Shown: positions 28,407-38,758, numbered from the stretch's first letter. The stretch is DNA of 64,000 nucleotides from Candidatus Caccovivens sp. (GCA_045650745.1 JAZRRN010000049.1:64091-128090), one strand, 5' to 3'. The notes: a model not told the origin generated them from the letters alone. Program-made: numbers and translations.

Positions 28407-28841
28407 TTACAATTTTTTGACATAACAAACAATACGATTTGTCTCGACAAAACCCAACGATTTATGAAAGGCTTGGCTTGCTGTATTTGAAAGTTGGCAA
28501 TCGCTGGCAAACTCGCAGCACTCTTTTTCTTTTGCCCAAGCTTGACAGCTTGCAAGAAGTTGTTTTGCAATCCCTTGACCTCGAAAATCTTGTTCGACAA
28601 AAATGCCTTCAAGATAACCTACTGGGCTTGTTTGTGTGCCTTCGACATAATCATATCGAAGTTGACATTGTGCGAAGCCAACAGCTCTGTCTTCTGTGAA
28701 AGCAAGAAAAATGCAAACATCATCTTTGTAGAGAAGTTGTTGAAATTCTTGTGTAAGCTCGTCAGGACTATGGCTTGGCCACAATTTAAGTGCTAAAGAT
28801 GCAATTGTTTCAGCGTCTTTGCTTGTTGCTCTAAAAATCAT
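28407..28841 (-). CDS. GNAT acetyltransferase of the AAC(6')-Iy/Ii-like aminoglycoside 6'-N-acetyltransferase family
   Basis: LWPSH, VGFAQCQLRYDYVEGTQTSPVGYLEGIFV, RGQGIAKQL, EFASDCQLSN and HKSLGFVETNR follow the pattern of Salmonella AAC(6')-Iy as I remember it. Confidence 0.6.
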   Translation of the reverse strand: MIFRATSKDAETIASLALKLWPSHSPDELTQEFQQLLYKDDVCIFLAFTEDRAVGFAQCQLRYDYVEGTQTSPVGYLEGIFVEQDFRGQGIAKQLLASCQAWAKEKECCEFASDCQLSNTASQAFHKSLGFVETNRIVCYVKKL

Positions 28842-28856
28842 AAAACCTCCAAACAA

Positions 28857-29555
28857 TCATTGGTTGATTTTGTTTTTTGCATAGGGATATCCTGCTTTGT
28901 CCATAAGTTCTATCTCATGCAAAATGTCAAATTCAACAAACTTTTCTTCGAGGGTTATGTTTTCGTTTTCACAAGTTATCCACAAATATGGACCAGGGTT
29001 TTTAAGACCACTCGAACCAAGGCAGTAATAGTGTTTTTCTCTGTTTGAAAAGTAAGTTGTTTTATGTTCGTGTCCAAAGATATAATAATCGGCATCAACA
29101 TTTTCAAATTGTTGTTTACGAATCTCAAAAGATGGATTTTCTGGACTGTCTACAACATTAATGTCATTGTTGAATTCTTCCCAAGCATAGTGAGAAAAGT
29201 AAAGTTGTTTTCCAGCTGCATTTAAGCGAAAGTCAATAGGCCAAGTTTTGATATAAGATTTGTTTTCTTTGGAAACATTTTGGCAAATCCATTCGAGTTG
29301 TTTAAGTTTGCCTGTGGAAAACTCTGCTTTATCCACATCAGGTATGTGATCGCAAACATAAAAATCGTTGTTGCCCAAAATCCTGATGCAATCCCATTGT
29401 TTCAAAAGAGTTATACACTCATCTGGTCTGCTGCAACCAAAGACAATGTCGCCAAGAAAAATTCGCAAGTCAGCATTTCGAAAATCTTCGGTGTTTGACA
29501 AGGCTTGCAAACAACTCAAACTTCCATGCACATCAGTAAAAACAAAAATTTTCAT
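28857..29555 (-). CDS. Calcineurin-like metallophosphoesterase
   Basis: Motifs MKIFVFTDVHGS, GDIV, GNND and FGHEH. Confidence 0.75.
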   Translation of the reverse strand: MKIFVFTDVHGSLSCLQALSNTEDFRNADLRIFLGDIVFGCSRPDECITLLKQWDCIRILGNNDFYVCDHIPDVDKAEFSTGKLKQLEWICQNVSKENKSYIKTWPIDFRLNAAGKQLYFSHYAWEEFNNDINVVDSPENPSFEIRKQQFENVDADYYIFGHEHKTTYFSNREKHYYCLGSSGLKNPGPYLWITCENENITLEEKFVEFDILHEIELMDKAGYPYAKNKINQ

Positions 29556-29652
29556 TTTGACCTCTCTTGAAATTTATTATAAATCACGAATAAGAAGCAA
29601 GTCAAATTGAAAACAAAAAATCACCTCTGTCACGAAGACAAAGGTGATTGCT

Positions 29653-29740
29653 TGGCGCAGAGTTAGGGATTCGAACCCCAGGTAGCTTTCACTACAACGG
29701 TTTTCAAGACCGCCGCTTTCGACCGCTCAGCCAACTCTGC
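29653..29740 (-). tRNA. tRNA-Ser (anticodon UGA), CCA encoded
   Basis: The reverse complement GCAGAGTTGGCTGAGCGGTCGAAAGCGGCGGTCTTGAAAACCGTTGTAGTGAAAGCTACCTGGGGTTCGAATCCCTAACTCTGCGCCA folds as a class II tRNA. It has the anticodon loop CTTGAAA and a long variable arm. Confidence 0.9.
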
Positions 29741-29915
29741 ATAAGGTCGCTAATTCAATAGCAAAGTAAGTATAATATATTTTGACCGATTTTGCAAGTG
29801 TTTTTCAAAAATTTTTAAAAATTTGCCAAGTTGTTGGACTTGGCTGTCCCCTTTTATGCTTGTTGAAAGTGGCAAGTTGTCCACTTATCAACAAAAAAAA
29901 GACCAGAAAAATTTT

Positions 29916-30476
29916 CTAGTCTTTGTTGTTTTTGCAGAACTCTTGATATTTTGCCCACACTTCATCTGCAAGGTCTTGTGGAGTGCGATTTTCGCTGTCA
30001 ATAACCAAGTCATAATGCGAAAGGTCATACAAATCAATGTTGTAGATTTGTTTGTATCTGTCCACTTCCAAAACTTGTCGATTTGCCAAAGTTGCTTCGG
30101 CTGCTTCTCTTGTTGAATATTTTTCTTTGCCTGTGCGATCAGAGTTGATCAATCTTTCAATGCTTACTTCTCTGTCAAGATCAACAAACACTTTGAATGA
30201 TTTTGGGACAAAGTGCCAAGCAAGTCGGCTGTCGAAAATATATTTTTGTCCTTCGTATTGTTTGCCAAGCTCGACTGTTTGTTGGTCGATAACATAGTCA
30301 AACGATGGATCGCTCATGCAAAATTTGTTGAATTCTTCTGTTGTCATGCCTCTTTTGTGCGCTTCTGCTTTGAAGATGTCGCCTACTCCAATGCGAGTGA
30401 AGTCGTGTTGATCGACAAGAAGTTTTGCGATTGTAGATTTTCCACTGCAAGGTTTGCCTGTGATTGTGATGATCAT
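29916..30476 (-). CDS. Cytidylate-kinase-like family P-loop kinase
   Basis: MIITITGKPCSGKSTIAKLL. 186 aa. Layout resembles Cytidylate_kin2. Confidence 0.6.
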   Translation of the reverse strand: MIITITGKPCSGKSTIAKLLVDQHDFTRIGVGDIFKAEAHKRGMTTEEFNKFCMSDPSFDYVIDQQTVELGKQYEGQKYIFDSRLAWHFVPKSFKVFVDLDREVSIERLINSDRTGKEKYSTREAAEATLANRQVLEVDRYKQIYNIDLYDLSHYDLVIDSENRTPQDLADEVWAKYQEFCKNNKD

Positions 30477-30609
30477 TGTTTTCCTCCTATGATTTATTGT
30501 ATGTTAGCACAATAAACCTCATTTTCAAAACAAATGTTTCAAAAAGTTTGAAGTTTTTTGACAAATGTGATATTCTATATTCGGATAGAAAAAAAGGAGA
30601 AATTATATT

Positions 30610-31434
30610 ATGCATACATGTGAAGCTACAGGAAAAACAATAGAACAAGCAATTCAAAACGCATTGTTGGAGCTCAAAGCAGCAAGAGAAGATGTAGACA
30701 TCAAAATTTTGAGTGAAGGTGGATTTCTTAAAAAAGCAAAAGTAGTTGTTTCTATTTCAGAAGATGCAATCGAAAAGTATGAAAAGAAAGAACAATTCAA
30801 AAAATCATTGGCAGCAGAAGAAAAAGAAACTGCAGATGAAGATTTTGCTGAAAAGTTTATGGAAAAGAAAATCAAAATTATCGCTGATGAAGAATATGTA
30901 AAACCTGAACCAAAGAAAGTTGAAAAAACAGAAGCTCCTGCAAAGAGTGAAGAAGCAGTTGCAGAAAAGAAAGAAAGAATCGAAAGAAAACTTACTGCAG
31001 AAGAATTTGTTGGAGGAGTGCTTCAATCGCTCAACCTCAAAGGCGAAATTGAAAAAACAGAAGACGAAAAGTTTGTTCGATACAATGTTACTGGAGAAGA
31101 TCTCAACGACCTTATTGGTCACCATGGCGATTGCATGATGGCGCTCTCTTATTTGATGACTTTGACTTGCAAATCAGAAGACAGAAAGAAAATTGTTTTG
31201 GATGTTGAAGGTTACAGAAAGAAGAGAGAAGAATCTTTGATCGCTTTGGCAAAAAGAATTGCAAGCAAAGTTGCAAAATCTGGACAATACTACAAGCTCG
31301 AACCTATGGATGCCAGTGAAAGAAAAATTATCCACACTGCATTGCAAGCTGATGACAGAGTTACAACTTTGAGCAAGGGAGAAGAACCTCGCAGATATTT
31401 GATGGTTTTCCCAAGAGAATACAAAGAAGGCTAA
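30610..31434 (+). CDS. khpB: Jag/KhpB RNA-binding protein (Jag_N, KH, R3H)
   Basis: Jag_N-type start (GKTIEQAIQNALLEL). C-terminal R3H region LEPMDASERKIIHTAL. Confidence 0.8.
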   Translation: MHTCEATGKTIEQAIQNALLELKAAREDVDIKILSEGGFLKKAKVVVSISEDAIEKYEKKEQFKKSLAAEEKETADEDFAEKFMEKKIKIIADEEYVKPEPKKVEKTEAPAKSEEAVAEKKERIERKLTAEEFVGGVLQSLNLKGEIEKTEDEKFVRYNVTGEDLNDLIGHHGDCMMALSYLMTLTCKSEDRKKIVLDVEGYRKKREESLIALAKRIASKVAKSGQYYKLEPMDASERKIIHTALQADDRVTTLSKGEEPRRYLMVFPREYKEG

Positions 31435-31506
31435 TTTCAAAGCAAAATTACAAAAGTTGAAAGTTGGGGCTTGCAAAATTTTGCAGGTCCTTTTTTATAA
31501 GGCAAT

Positions 31507-32754
31507 ATGGAACATACAAAATTTAATCTCAATTTTAGAAAAAGAATAAACACAAGAAGGCAGTTGTTTCTTATCTTTATGTTTATCGCCTTTTATGGCG
31601 TGGCATTGGGTATTTGGGAAAATTATAAGTGTGACTGGCTTGGCGAACATGGATTTTCAATCTCAAACCTCTCGTTGATAACAAGTGCTGGTCTTTTGGT
31701 GGCTGCGGCGTTGTCTATGGCGATCGCTTTGGTTTTCAAAACTCTGTCCACAAAAAAGATTATTGCAGTGTGCAGCAGTATAAAGCTGTTGTCGATGATT
31801 GCTCTTGCTTGTTTTTTTGAAAGAAGCATTTCAAACACTTTGGTTTTTGTTGTGTTTATGATTGACACGATTTGTGGACAACTTGTTGTTTTTTCGATTT
31901 ATCCACTTATGGCAGCATCTGTGCAAAACAACAAACTTTATGGAAAGCGCAAACTTTTGGATTGGTTTATGAATGATGTTGGTCTTGTGATCGCAATGTG
32001 CATTTTTACAATCATGACAAAAGGAAGTTTCAGATACAACCTGCTTTTGATCATCTCAATTTTCTTTGTTGCAGTTTCGGTCGTGCTTGCTTATATGTTT
32101 GAAGAGCCGCCGGTTGAAAAAGCAAAAGTAAATCTCAAACGCATTTTCTGTGACAAAATCACGACATTGTTTGTTTGGGGATATTCGTTTATTGGCACAA
32201 TTTCTTACAACATTGTTTTGGGCATGCAAGCAATCATGCTTCAAACTTTGGCAGGGCTTTCAATCGCACAAGTCAGCATCTTCTTGCTTGTTGCAAGTTT
32301 GGCTGGTGATGTGGTTGGTTATATCTCGTTGTTGAAGTTTACGGCAAGACATGGCAAAGCGGCAATCATTTTGAAATATTGTGTAAGATGTTTTGGATAT
32401 TTGCTTGTTGTTGTGACCGGCAATTGGGTTGTGCTTTTGATTGCAACCTTTGTTTCGCTTTTGGTGTCAAGATCATTTTCTCATGTCACCGATGGACCAT
32501 ATCTCAACCGTGTTGGCAGAAGCGAACAATTTATCATGACAAACTACAAACTCGCTGCTGAGTATGCTGGAAAAGCAATTGGTATCGTGCTTGCAGCCGA
32601 ATTGTTTAAGTCGGGCATGAGAGCAGTGTTTGGTTTGTCGGCCGGTTTGATGCTTATCCAAATTGCAGTTTCGTTCTGGATCAACCATTTGAGACAAAAA
32701 GAAAGAGTTTGCAGAAGAAATGTTTATTTTGCAGATAAGATTGAAAGAAGTTGA
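31507..32754 (+). CDS. Multi-pass membrane transporter (MFS-like)
   Basis: 415 aa with about 11-12 hydrophobic helices. No specific signature recognised. Confidence 0.45.
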   Translation: MEHTKFNLNFRKRINTRRQLFLIFMFIAFYGVALGIWENYKCDWLGEHGFSISNLSLITSAGLLVAAALSMAIALVFKTLSTKKIIAVCSSIKLLSMIALACFFERSISNTLVFVVFMIDTICGQLVVFSIYPLMAASVQNNKLYGKRKLLDWFMNDVGLVIAMCIFTIMTKGSFRYNLLLIISIFFVAVSVVLAYMFEEPPVEKAKVNLKRIFCDKITTLFVWGYSFIGTISYNIVLGMQAIMLQTLAGLSIAQVSIFLLVASLAGDVVGYISLLKFTARHGKAAIILKYCVRCFGYLLVVVTGNWVVLLIATFVSLLVSRSFSHVTDGPYLNRVGRSEQFIMTNYKLAAEYAGKAIGIVLAAELFKSGMRAVFGLSAGLMLIQIAVSFWINHLRQKERVCRRNVYFADKIERS

Positions 32755-32818
32755 AATAAGAAAAATCAAACAAAATCTATGTTTGATTTTTTTTGTGCTG
32801 TTTGCTATAATATAAGAT

Positions 32819-34156
32819 ATGAAAGATTGTATAGTTTCGATATCAACGCCTTTGGGTAAAGGGGCAGTTTCAATTGTGAGAATGAGTGGGGCAAAATCGC
32901 TTGATGTTGCGCTCACACTTTTTCATTGTCAAAAACTTGAAAGAGAAAATATTATCCCAAGATATATGTATTTTGGAAAGATTAAACTTGAAGAAAATGT
33001 GTTTGAAGAATGTTTGATGGTTTATTTTAAGGCACCATTTTCTTATACTGGCGAAGATATTGTCGAGTTTCAAATCCATGGTGGAGTTTTGCTTGCTCAA
33101 AAAATTGTTGAAGCGTGCTTGCATGCAGGCTCTCGCCTTGCCGAACCTGGCGAATATTCGAAGCGTGCGTTTTTGAATGGCAAGATAACTTTGGACAAAG
33201 CAGAAGCAATAATTGGCGAAATCAATGCTGAAACAGAAGGCGAACTTAAAAGCAGTTTGCAAGTCACAAATGGTCGCCTTGCAAGTGCTGTGTTGGAGCA
33301 ACAAGAGCAGTTGAAATATCTTTTGGCCGAACTTGAAGTCGGCATGGATTATCCAGACGAAACAGAAGAGTTGGGATTGAAGCTGAATGTGATTGAAAGA
33401 TTGCAAAAAATTGAAGATGCAAACGATTTGATTTTGCAACAATCACAAAGTGCAACCTATCTTAAAAACGGAATCAATGTCGCACTTGTTGGAAAGACAA
33501 ATGTCGGCAAGAGTAGTGTGATGAATGCTTTGCTTGGAGAAGACAGGGCAATTGTGACAGACATCAAAGGCACAACAAGAGACAGTATTACAGAAAGTTT
33601 TATTTACAACGGCATCAAAATCAATCTTATTGACACTGCCGGCATTAGAGAAACAGAAGATGTTGTCGAAAGCATTGGCATTGAAAAGAGTAAACAAAAC
33701 TTAAACTCTGCCGACCTTGTTTTGTTTGTAGTTGATGGAAGTGAAAGTTTGAGTGAAGAAGATGAAGAAATTTGCAAACTCTTGCAAGGCAAAAAACTTA
33801 TCACAGTTGTAAACAAAACTGACAAACAAAGGGTTTTGGTCGCACAAGAAAACGAAATTGAAGTTTCTGCAATGACAAACAAAAACATTCAACAACTCAA
33901 ACAAAAGATTGTTGATATGGTTATCGAAGAAGAAATTGATTTCAACAGTTTGGTGTTGACAAACGAAAGACAAATGCAGATTTTAAAAGAAGCAAAAATG
34001 TTGATTGAAGAAGTTAAACAAAAACAAAACGAATCTCTCGACATTTTGACAATGCTTGTAAAACGCATTTGGCAAACATTTGGAAAAATCACAGGAAACA
34101 CAGAAAACGAAGATATCATTGATTTGATATTTTCAAAATTTTGCTTAGGAAAATAA
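32819..34156 (+). CDS. mnmE: tRNA modification GTPase MnmE
   Basis: G1 motif GKTNVGKSS, DTAGIRE, NKTD, and the C-terminal FCLGK. Confidence 0.92.
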   Translation: MKDCIVSISTPLGKGAVSIVRMSGAKSLDVALTLFHCQKLERENIIPRYMYFGKIKLEENVFEECLMVYFKAPFSYTGEDIVEFQIHGGVLLAQKIVEACLHAGSRLAEPGEYSKRAFLNGKITLDKAEAIIGEINAETEGELKSSLQVTNGRLASAVLEQQEQLKYLLAELEVGMDYPDETEELGLKLNVIERLQKIEDANDLILQQSQSATYLKNGINVALVGKTNVGKSSVMNALLGEDRAIVTDIKGTTRDSITESFIYNGIKINLIDTAGIRETEDVVESIGIEKSKQNLNSADLVLFVVDGSESLSEEDEEICKLLQGKKLITVVNKTDKQRVLVAQENEIEVSAMTNKNIQQLKQKIVDMVIEEEIDFNSLVLTNERQMQILKEAKMLIEEVKQKQNESLDILTMLVKRIWQTFGKITGNTENEDIIDLIFSKFCLGK

Positions 34157-34160
34157 AACA

Positions 34161-36029
34161 ATGGAAAGAAAAACAGAAATTTTTGATTCGATTGTTATTG
34201 GTGCTGGACATGCTGGCTGCGAAGCTGCGCTCGCCTTGGCAAGAACGGGAAATAAAACCCTCTTGCTCACAATCAGTCTTGATGCAATCGCCTTTTTGGC
34301 GTGCAACCCATCAATTGGTGGCACTGCAAAAGGTCAACTTGTAGGAGAGATTGATGCTCTTGGTGGCGAAATGGGTATCAATGCTGACAAAACGGCAATT
34401 CAAATAAGAATGTTGAATCGTGGAAAAGGTCCTGCTGTGCAAAGTTTGAGAGCGCAAGCAGACAAAAATGCTTATCATATCGAAATGAAAAAAACTCTTG
34501 AAAAAGAGAAAAACTTGTTGGTAAGACAAGGTGAAGCTGTAAGCGTTGAAATTGATGGAGAAAACAAAATTGTCACAACTCAACTTGGCATGAAGTATCA
34601 AGCGAGAAGTGTTGTTTTTGCAACAGGTGTTTATCTCAAAAGTGAGATTATCATTGGCAGTTGCAGAGAAAAAGTTGGACCAAACGGTTTCAAAAACAGT
34701 TCAAAACTCTCTGACAGTTTGAAAAAATTGGGTATCAAACTTGAAAGATTTAAGACAGGCACTCCTGTCCGTGTGCATGCAAGAAGTGTAGATTATTCGC
34801 AAATGGAAATCCAAAATGGTGATGATGACATAATGCCATTTTCTTATATGACAAAAGAAAAACCAAAAAACAAGGCCGTTTGTTATCTTACCTACACAAC
34901 CCCACTTACGCATGAGATAATCAGAAACAATTTTGACAAAGCGCCTGCAATCTCTGGAGAAATCAAAGGCGTTGGTCCAAGATATTGTCCTTCAATTGAA
35001 ACAAAAGTTTTGCGTTTTGCAGACAAAGAAAGGCATCAACTTTTCTTGGAACCAGAAGCGCTTGACACTCAAGAGATGTATTTGCAAGGTTTTAGCACAT
35101 CTATGCCTGCAGACATTCAACAAGAAATGGTTGAGTCTGTGATCGGCATGAAGGATGCTGAAATTATGAGAGATGCTTATGCAATCGAATATGATTGCAT
35201 TGATCCTACACAACTTAAACCTACATTGGAATTGAAGACAATCGAAGGTCTTTTCTTTGCAGGACAAATCAATGGGACAAGTGGTTATGAAGAAGCTGGT
35301 GCGCAAGGATTGATTGCGGGCATCAATGCAAGTCTTTACAACCAAGGCAAAGAGCAAATTGTTTTGAAGAGAAATGATGCGTATATTGGTGTGCTTATTG
35401 ATGACATTGTCACAAAAGGCACAAACGAACCTTATCGTATGATGACAAGTCGTGCAGAATATCGTTTGTTGCTCAGACAAGATAATGCCGACATGAGATT
35501 GACAGAAATCGGCAGAAAAGTTGGTCTTGTTTCTGATGAAAGGTACCAAACTTATCTCGACAAGATTGCAAAGATGAAAGAGATTGAAGCAAAGCTCGAA
35601 GAAAAGGTAAAGGTTGATGAAAAACTTATCAAACTTTGCCAGGATAATGAAGAAAACATTCCAAGAGAAAGTATGAAACTTCGTGATTTGATGAGAAGAA
35701 ACAATATTGATATCTACAAACTTGATGCAACCTACAATTTGTTTGATGAAAGCGAAAAGGGTTTGCTCGATTTTGTAAACATCAACATCAAATACGAGGG
35801 ATATCTTAAACAACAACAAGAAGATGTTGAAAGAATGTTGGCAAACGAAAATGTGTCAATCCCTGAAGATTTTGATTATCAATCTGTAAAAGGATTGAGA
35901 CAAGAGGCTATCGAAAAACTTTCGCAAATTCGCCCACTCAACTTGGGACAAGCGTCAAGAATTTCTGGTGTGTCTCCGGCTGATGTTTCGGTGCTTTCGA
36001 TTTTGGTGAAAAAGACAAACAAAAACTAG
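34161..36029 (+). CDS. mnmG: tRNA uridine 5-carboxymethylaminomethyl modification enzyme MnmG
   Basis: FAD-binding motif VIGAGHAGCEAA, GPRYCPSIE and GQINGTSGYEEA. Confidence 0.95.
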   Translation: MERKTEIFDSIVIGAGHAGCEAALALARTGNKTLLLTISLDAIAFLACNPSIGGTAKGQLVGEIDALGGEMGINADKTAIQIRMLNRGKGPAVQSLRAQADKNAYHIEMKKTLEKEKNLLVRQGEAVSVEIDGENKIVTTQLGMKYQARSVVFATGVYLKSEIIIGSCREKVGPNGFKNSSKLSDSLKKLGIKLERFKTGTPVRVHARSVDYSQMEIQNGDDDIMPFSYMTKEKPKNKAVCYLTYTTPLTHEIIRNNFDKAPAISGEIKGVGPRYCPSIETKVLRFADKERHQLFLEPEALDTQEMYLQGFSTSMPADIQQEMVESVIGMKDAEIMRDAYAIEYDCIDPTQLKPTLELKTIEGLFFAGQINGTSGYEEAGAQGLIAGINASLYNQGKEQIVLKRNDAYIGVLIDDIVTKGTNEPYRMMTSRAEYRLLLRQDNADMRLTEIGRKVGLVSDERYQTYLDKIAKMKEIEAKLEEKVKVDEKLIKLCQDNEENIPRESMKLRDLMRRNNIDIYKLDATYNLFDESEKGLLDFVNINIKYEGYLKQQQEDVERMLANENVSIPEDFDYQSVKGLRQEAIEKLSQIRPLNLGQASRISGVSPADVSVLSILVKKTNKN

Positions 36030-36044
36030 TTTTGGATAGGAAAA

Positions 36045-36743
36045 ATGAAAGATTTAAAAGAGATTTTTGAAAAATACGATATCGAAGTTTCGCAAAATCA
36101 AGCAGATATGTTTGACAAATATTTTTCTATGCTTGTCGAAACAAACAAGCATCTCAACCTGACTGCGATAACCGAAGAGAGAGAAGTTTTGATAAAGCAC
36201 TTTTTGGACAGTGTTTTGCCTGCAAAACTCATTCCTCAAAACGCAACGCTTGTTGATGTTGGCACTGGCGCAGGATTTCCTGCATTGCCTCTGAAAATTG
36301 TTAGGCCTGACCTTAAGGTTTGTTTGGTTGACAGTCTCAACAAAAGGGTAAACTTTTTGAAAGATGTTTGCGGCGAGTTGAAACTTGAAAATATTTCTGC
36401 CCTGCATAGCCGTGCCGAAGATTTTGCAAAAAACCACAGAGAAAAATTTGATGTTGCTGTTGCTCGTGCAGTTGCGCAACTCAACACTTTGGCAGAATAT
36501 TTGTTGCCACTTGTAAAAGTTGGTGGCGTTGCAGTCATCTACAAATCATCAAAACTTGAAGAAGAATTGAAAGATGCAAAAAAAGCTATTGAAATTCTTG
36601 GCGCAAAGGTTGAAAAAATCGAAAAGATTGTTGTTGATGAGGAAAATCTCGAAAGAAATATTTTGGTGCTTAAAAAGGTTAAAAATACACCAAACAAATA
36701 TCCTAGAGACAAAAACAAACCTAAATTAGATCCTATTAAATAG
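36045..36743 (+). CDS. rsmG: 16S rRNA m7G527 methyltransferase RsmG
   Basis: LVDVGTGAGFPALPLKI and RAVA motifs. Position directly after mnmG. Confidence 0.9.
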   Translation: MKDLKEIFEKYDIEVSQNQADMFDKYFSMLVETNKHLNLTAITEEREVLIKHFLDSVLPAKLIPQNATLVDVGTGAGFPALPLKIVRPDLKVCLVDSLNKRVNFLKDVCGELKLENISALHSRAEDFAKNHREKFDVAVARAVAQLNTLAEYLLPLVKVGGVAVIYKSSKLEEELKDAKKAIEILGAKVEKIEKIVVDEENLERNILVLKKVKNTPNKYPRDKNKPKLDPIK

Positions 36744-36854
36744 AAAAATAATAAAAAATTATTCTTAAATTAAAAAATAGGCAAAAATAACGATTTTTTG
36801 CTTATTTTTCTTTATTTTTTTGATGTGTTTATTGTATAATTTGAAAAAGGAAAA

Positions 36855-37685
36855 ATGACTATGGGAAAAATTATTGCATTTGCAAACCAAAAAGGTGGAG
36901 TTGGAAAAACTACAACCTGTATAAATGTTGCAACATATATGGCCCTTATGGGAAAAAGGGTTTTGATTTTGGATTTGGATCCTCAAGGCAATGCCACAAG
37001 TGCTGTTGGTATAACAAAAACCAAAGATCTTAAAACTGTTTACGATCTTATCGGTGGCGAAAGCAACTATGACGATGTTATCAAATCTACGATTGTGAAA
37101 GATTTGTTTATCATTCCTTCAACCGTTGATTTGGCTGGAGCAGAAGTTGAATTGATTCAAATTCCACAAAGAGAAAAGGTAATAAAGAGAATTTTGGACG
37201 AAATTTCAGACAGTTACGACTTTATTTTGATTGATTGTCCACCATCTCTTGGATTGATCACTGTAAATGCTCTTACAGCATCAAACAGTATCATCATACC
37301 AATTCAATGCGAATTTTTTGCTTTGGAAGGTCTTACTCAACTTATGAACACTGTCAGATTGATCAAATATCACCTCAATCCAGATTTGGATGTTGAAGGT
37401 GTTGTAATGACAATGAAAGAAAAGCGTTACAATTTGACAAATCAAGTAAGCAATGAAATTATCAAATTCTTCAACAAAAAAGTGTATTTGACAACAATTC
37501 CAAGAAATGTGAGATTGGCAGAAGCGCCAAGTCACGGTTTGCCGGTGGCATTGTATGACTCAAACTCAAAAGGTGCAGAAGCATATTTGAGTCTTGCTGA
37601 AGAAATTATGAGAAGAAATGGAACTGCGTTTACAAGGATTTCAAAAGTAAAAAAAATAAAGTTTAAAGGGGATAATGATGAGTAG
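36855..37685 (+). CDS. parA: Chromosome partitioning ATPase ParA/Soj
   Basis: Deviant Walker A motif NQKGGVGKTT. Confidence 0.92.
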   Translation: MTMGKIIAFANQKGGVGKTTTCINVATYMALMGKRVLILDLDPQGNATSAVGITKTKDLKTVYDLIGGESNYDDVIKSTIVKDLFIIPSTVDLAGAEVELIQIPQREKVIKRILDEISDSYDFILIDCPPSLGLITVNALTASNSIIIPIQCEFFALEGLTQLMNTVRLIKYHLNPDLDVEGVVMTMKEKRYNLTNQVSNEIIKFFNKKVYLTTIPRNVRLAEAPSHGLPVALYDSNSKGAEAYLSLAEEIMRRNGTAFTRISKVKKIKFKGDNDE

Positions 37686-38619
37686 TAATAAAGGTCTTGG
37701 AAGAGGTCTCGAAGCCCTTTTCGGCGTATTTGATGATAACAATAGTTATGAAAATATAACAAATAAAAGTGCTAAAACAAACAATGGTGTTTTGGAAGTT
37801 GATATAACAAAAGTAAAACCAAATCCAAATCAACCTCGTAAAAATTTTGATCCAGATGCTTTGAACGAACTTGCTTCTTCAATCAAGATTCATGGTATTG
37901 TTCAACCTATCGTAGTTAATCAAGAAAGCAATGGCGAGTATATGATTATTGCCGGAGAAAGAAGATGGAGAGCTGCAAATATTTGTGGTTTAAAAACTGT
38001 TCCTGCAGTAGTTAAAAACTATACAGAAAAACAAGTAAAAGAAATTAGTATTATTGAAAACTTGCAAAGAGAAGATCTCAATCCTATTGAAGCTGCAAGA
38101 GCAATCAAACAGCTTATGGACGAATATGGTCTTACTCAAGAAGTTGTTTCTGAAAGAATTGGAAAGAGTCGTTCAAACATTGCAAACACTCTCAGATTGT
38201 TGACTTTGTATCCAGATGTAATTGACATGGTTGAAGTTGGAAAGCTTTCGGCTGGTCATGCTAGATGTTTGGTTGTTATTGAAGATCAAACCGAACAAAT
38301 TAAGTTGGCTCAAATTGCTGTTTCTAAAAATTTGAGCGTGCGCGACCTCGAAAAGTTGGTTAAAAACTATACGCACCCTACAAATAAAGTGGTGGTAAAG
38401 CAAGAACAGTCGTTGGAATTGAAAGAGTTGATCAATCAAATGCAAAAAACATTTGCAACAAAGGTTTCTGCTATTGGAAATGATAATAAGGGAAGAATCT
38501 ATATTGATTATTATACAAGAGATGATCTTGACAGAATTGCAGAATTGCTCGAATTGCTCAATAAAAAGGAAATGACATTGCAAGATTTGCAAAACTACAA
38601 CAAAAGAACTTCTAAATAA
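37675..38619 (+). CDS. parB: Chromosome partitioning protein ParB/Spo0J
   Basis: GLGRGLEAL, the ParB box IIAGERRWRAA, and an HTH region. Confidence 0.92.
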   Translation: MMSSNKGLGRGLEALFGVFDDNNSYENITNKSAKTNNGVLEVDITKVKPNPNQPRKNFDPDALNELASSIKIHGIVQPIVVNQESNGEYMIIAGERRWRAANICGLKTVPAVVKNYTEKQVKEISIIENLQREDLNPIEAARAIKQLMDEYGLTQEVVSERIGKSRSNIANTLRLLTLYPDVIDMVEVGKLSAGHARCLVVIEDQTEQIKLAQIAVSKNLSVRDLEKLVKNYTHPTNKVVVKQEQSLELKELINQMQKTFATKVSAIGNDNKGRIYIDYYTRDDLDRIAELLELLNKKEMTLQDLQNYNKRTSK

Positions 38620-38640
38620 GAAATAATGTTATTTTGAGAA

Positions 38641-38656
38641 TGTTTCACGTGAAACA
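38641..38656. promoter_or_regulatory. parS site 1 (perfect TGTTTCACGTGAAACA)
   Basis: Exact 16-bp consensus palindrome, embedded in the 26-bp palindrome GAGAATGTTTCACGTGAAACATTCTC (38636-38661) followed by TTTTTT. Confidence 0.9.
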
Positions 38657-38758
38657 TTCTCTTTTTTATATCTCAAAACTTTCAAATGTTCTTATATGAG
38701 CAATTGTTAGAATTTGTTGAGATAAAAGCCGGCCGTTGAGATATTCTTGGTTAAAAAA

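Noticed and set aside
29556-29915. tRNA-Ser(UGA), and tRNA-Ser(GCU) at 39740-39830, considered as genomic-island integration sites
   Set aside because: No integrase or recombinase is present, and I could not find a direct repeat of the tRNA 3' end elsewhere in the window. The idea remains only as part of the accessory-block finding.
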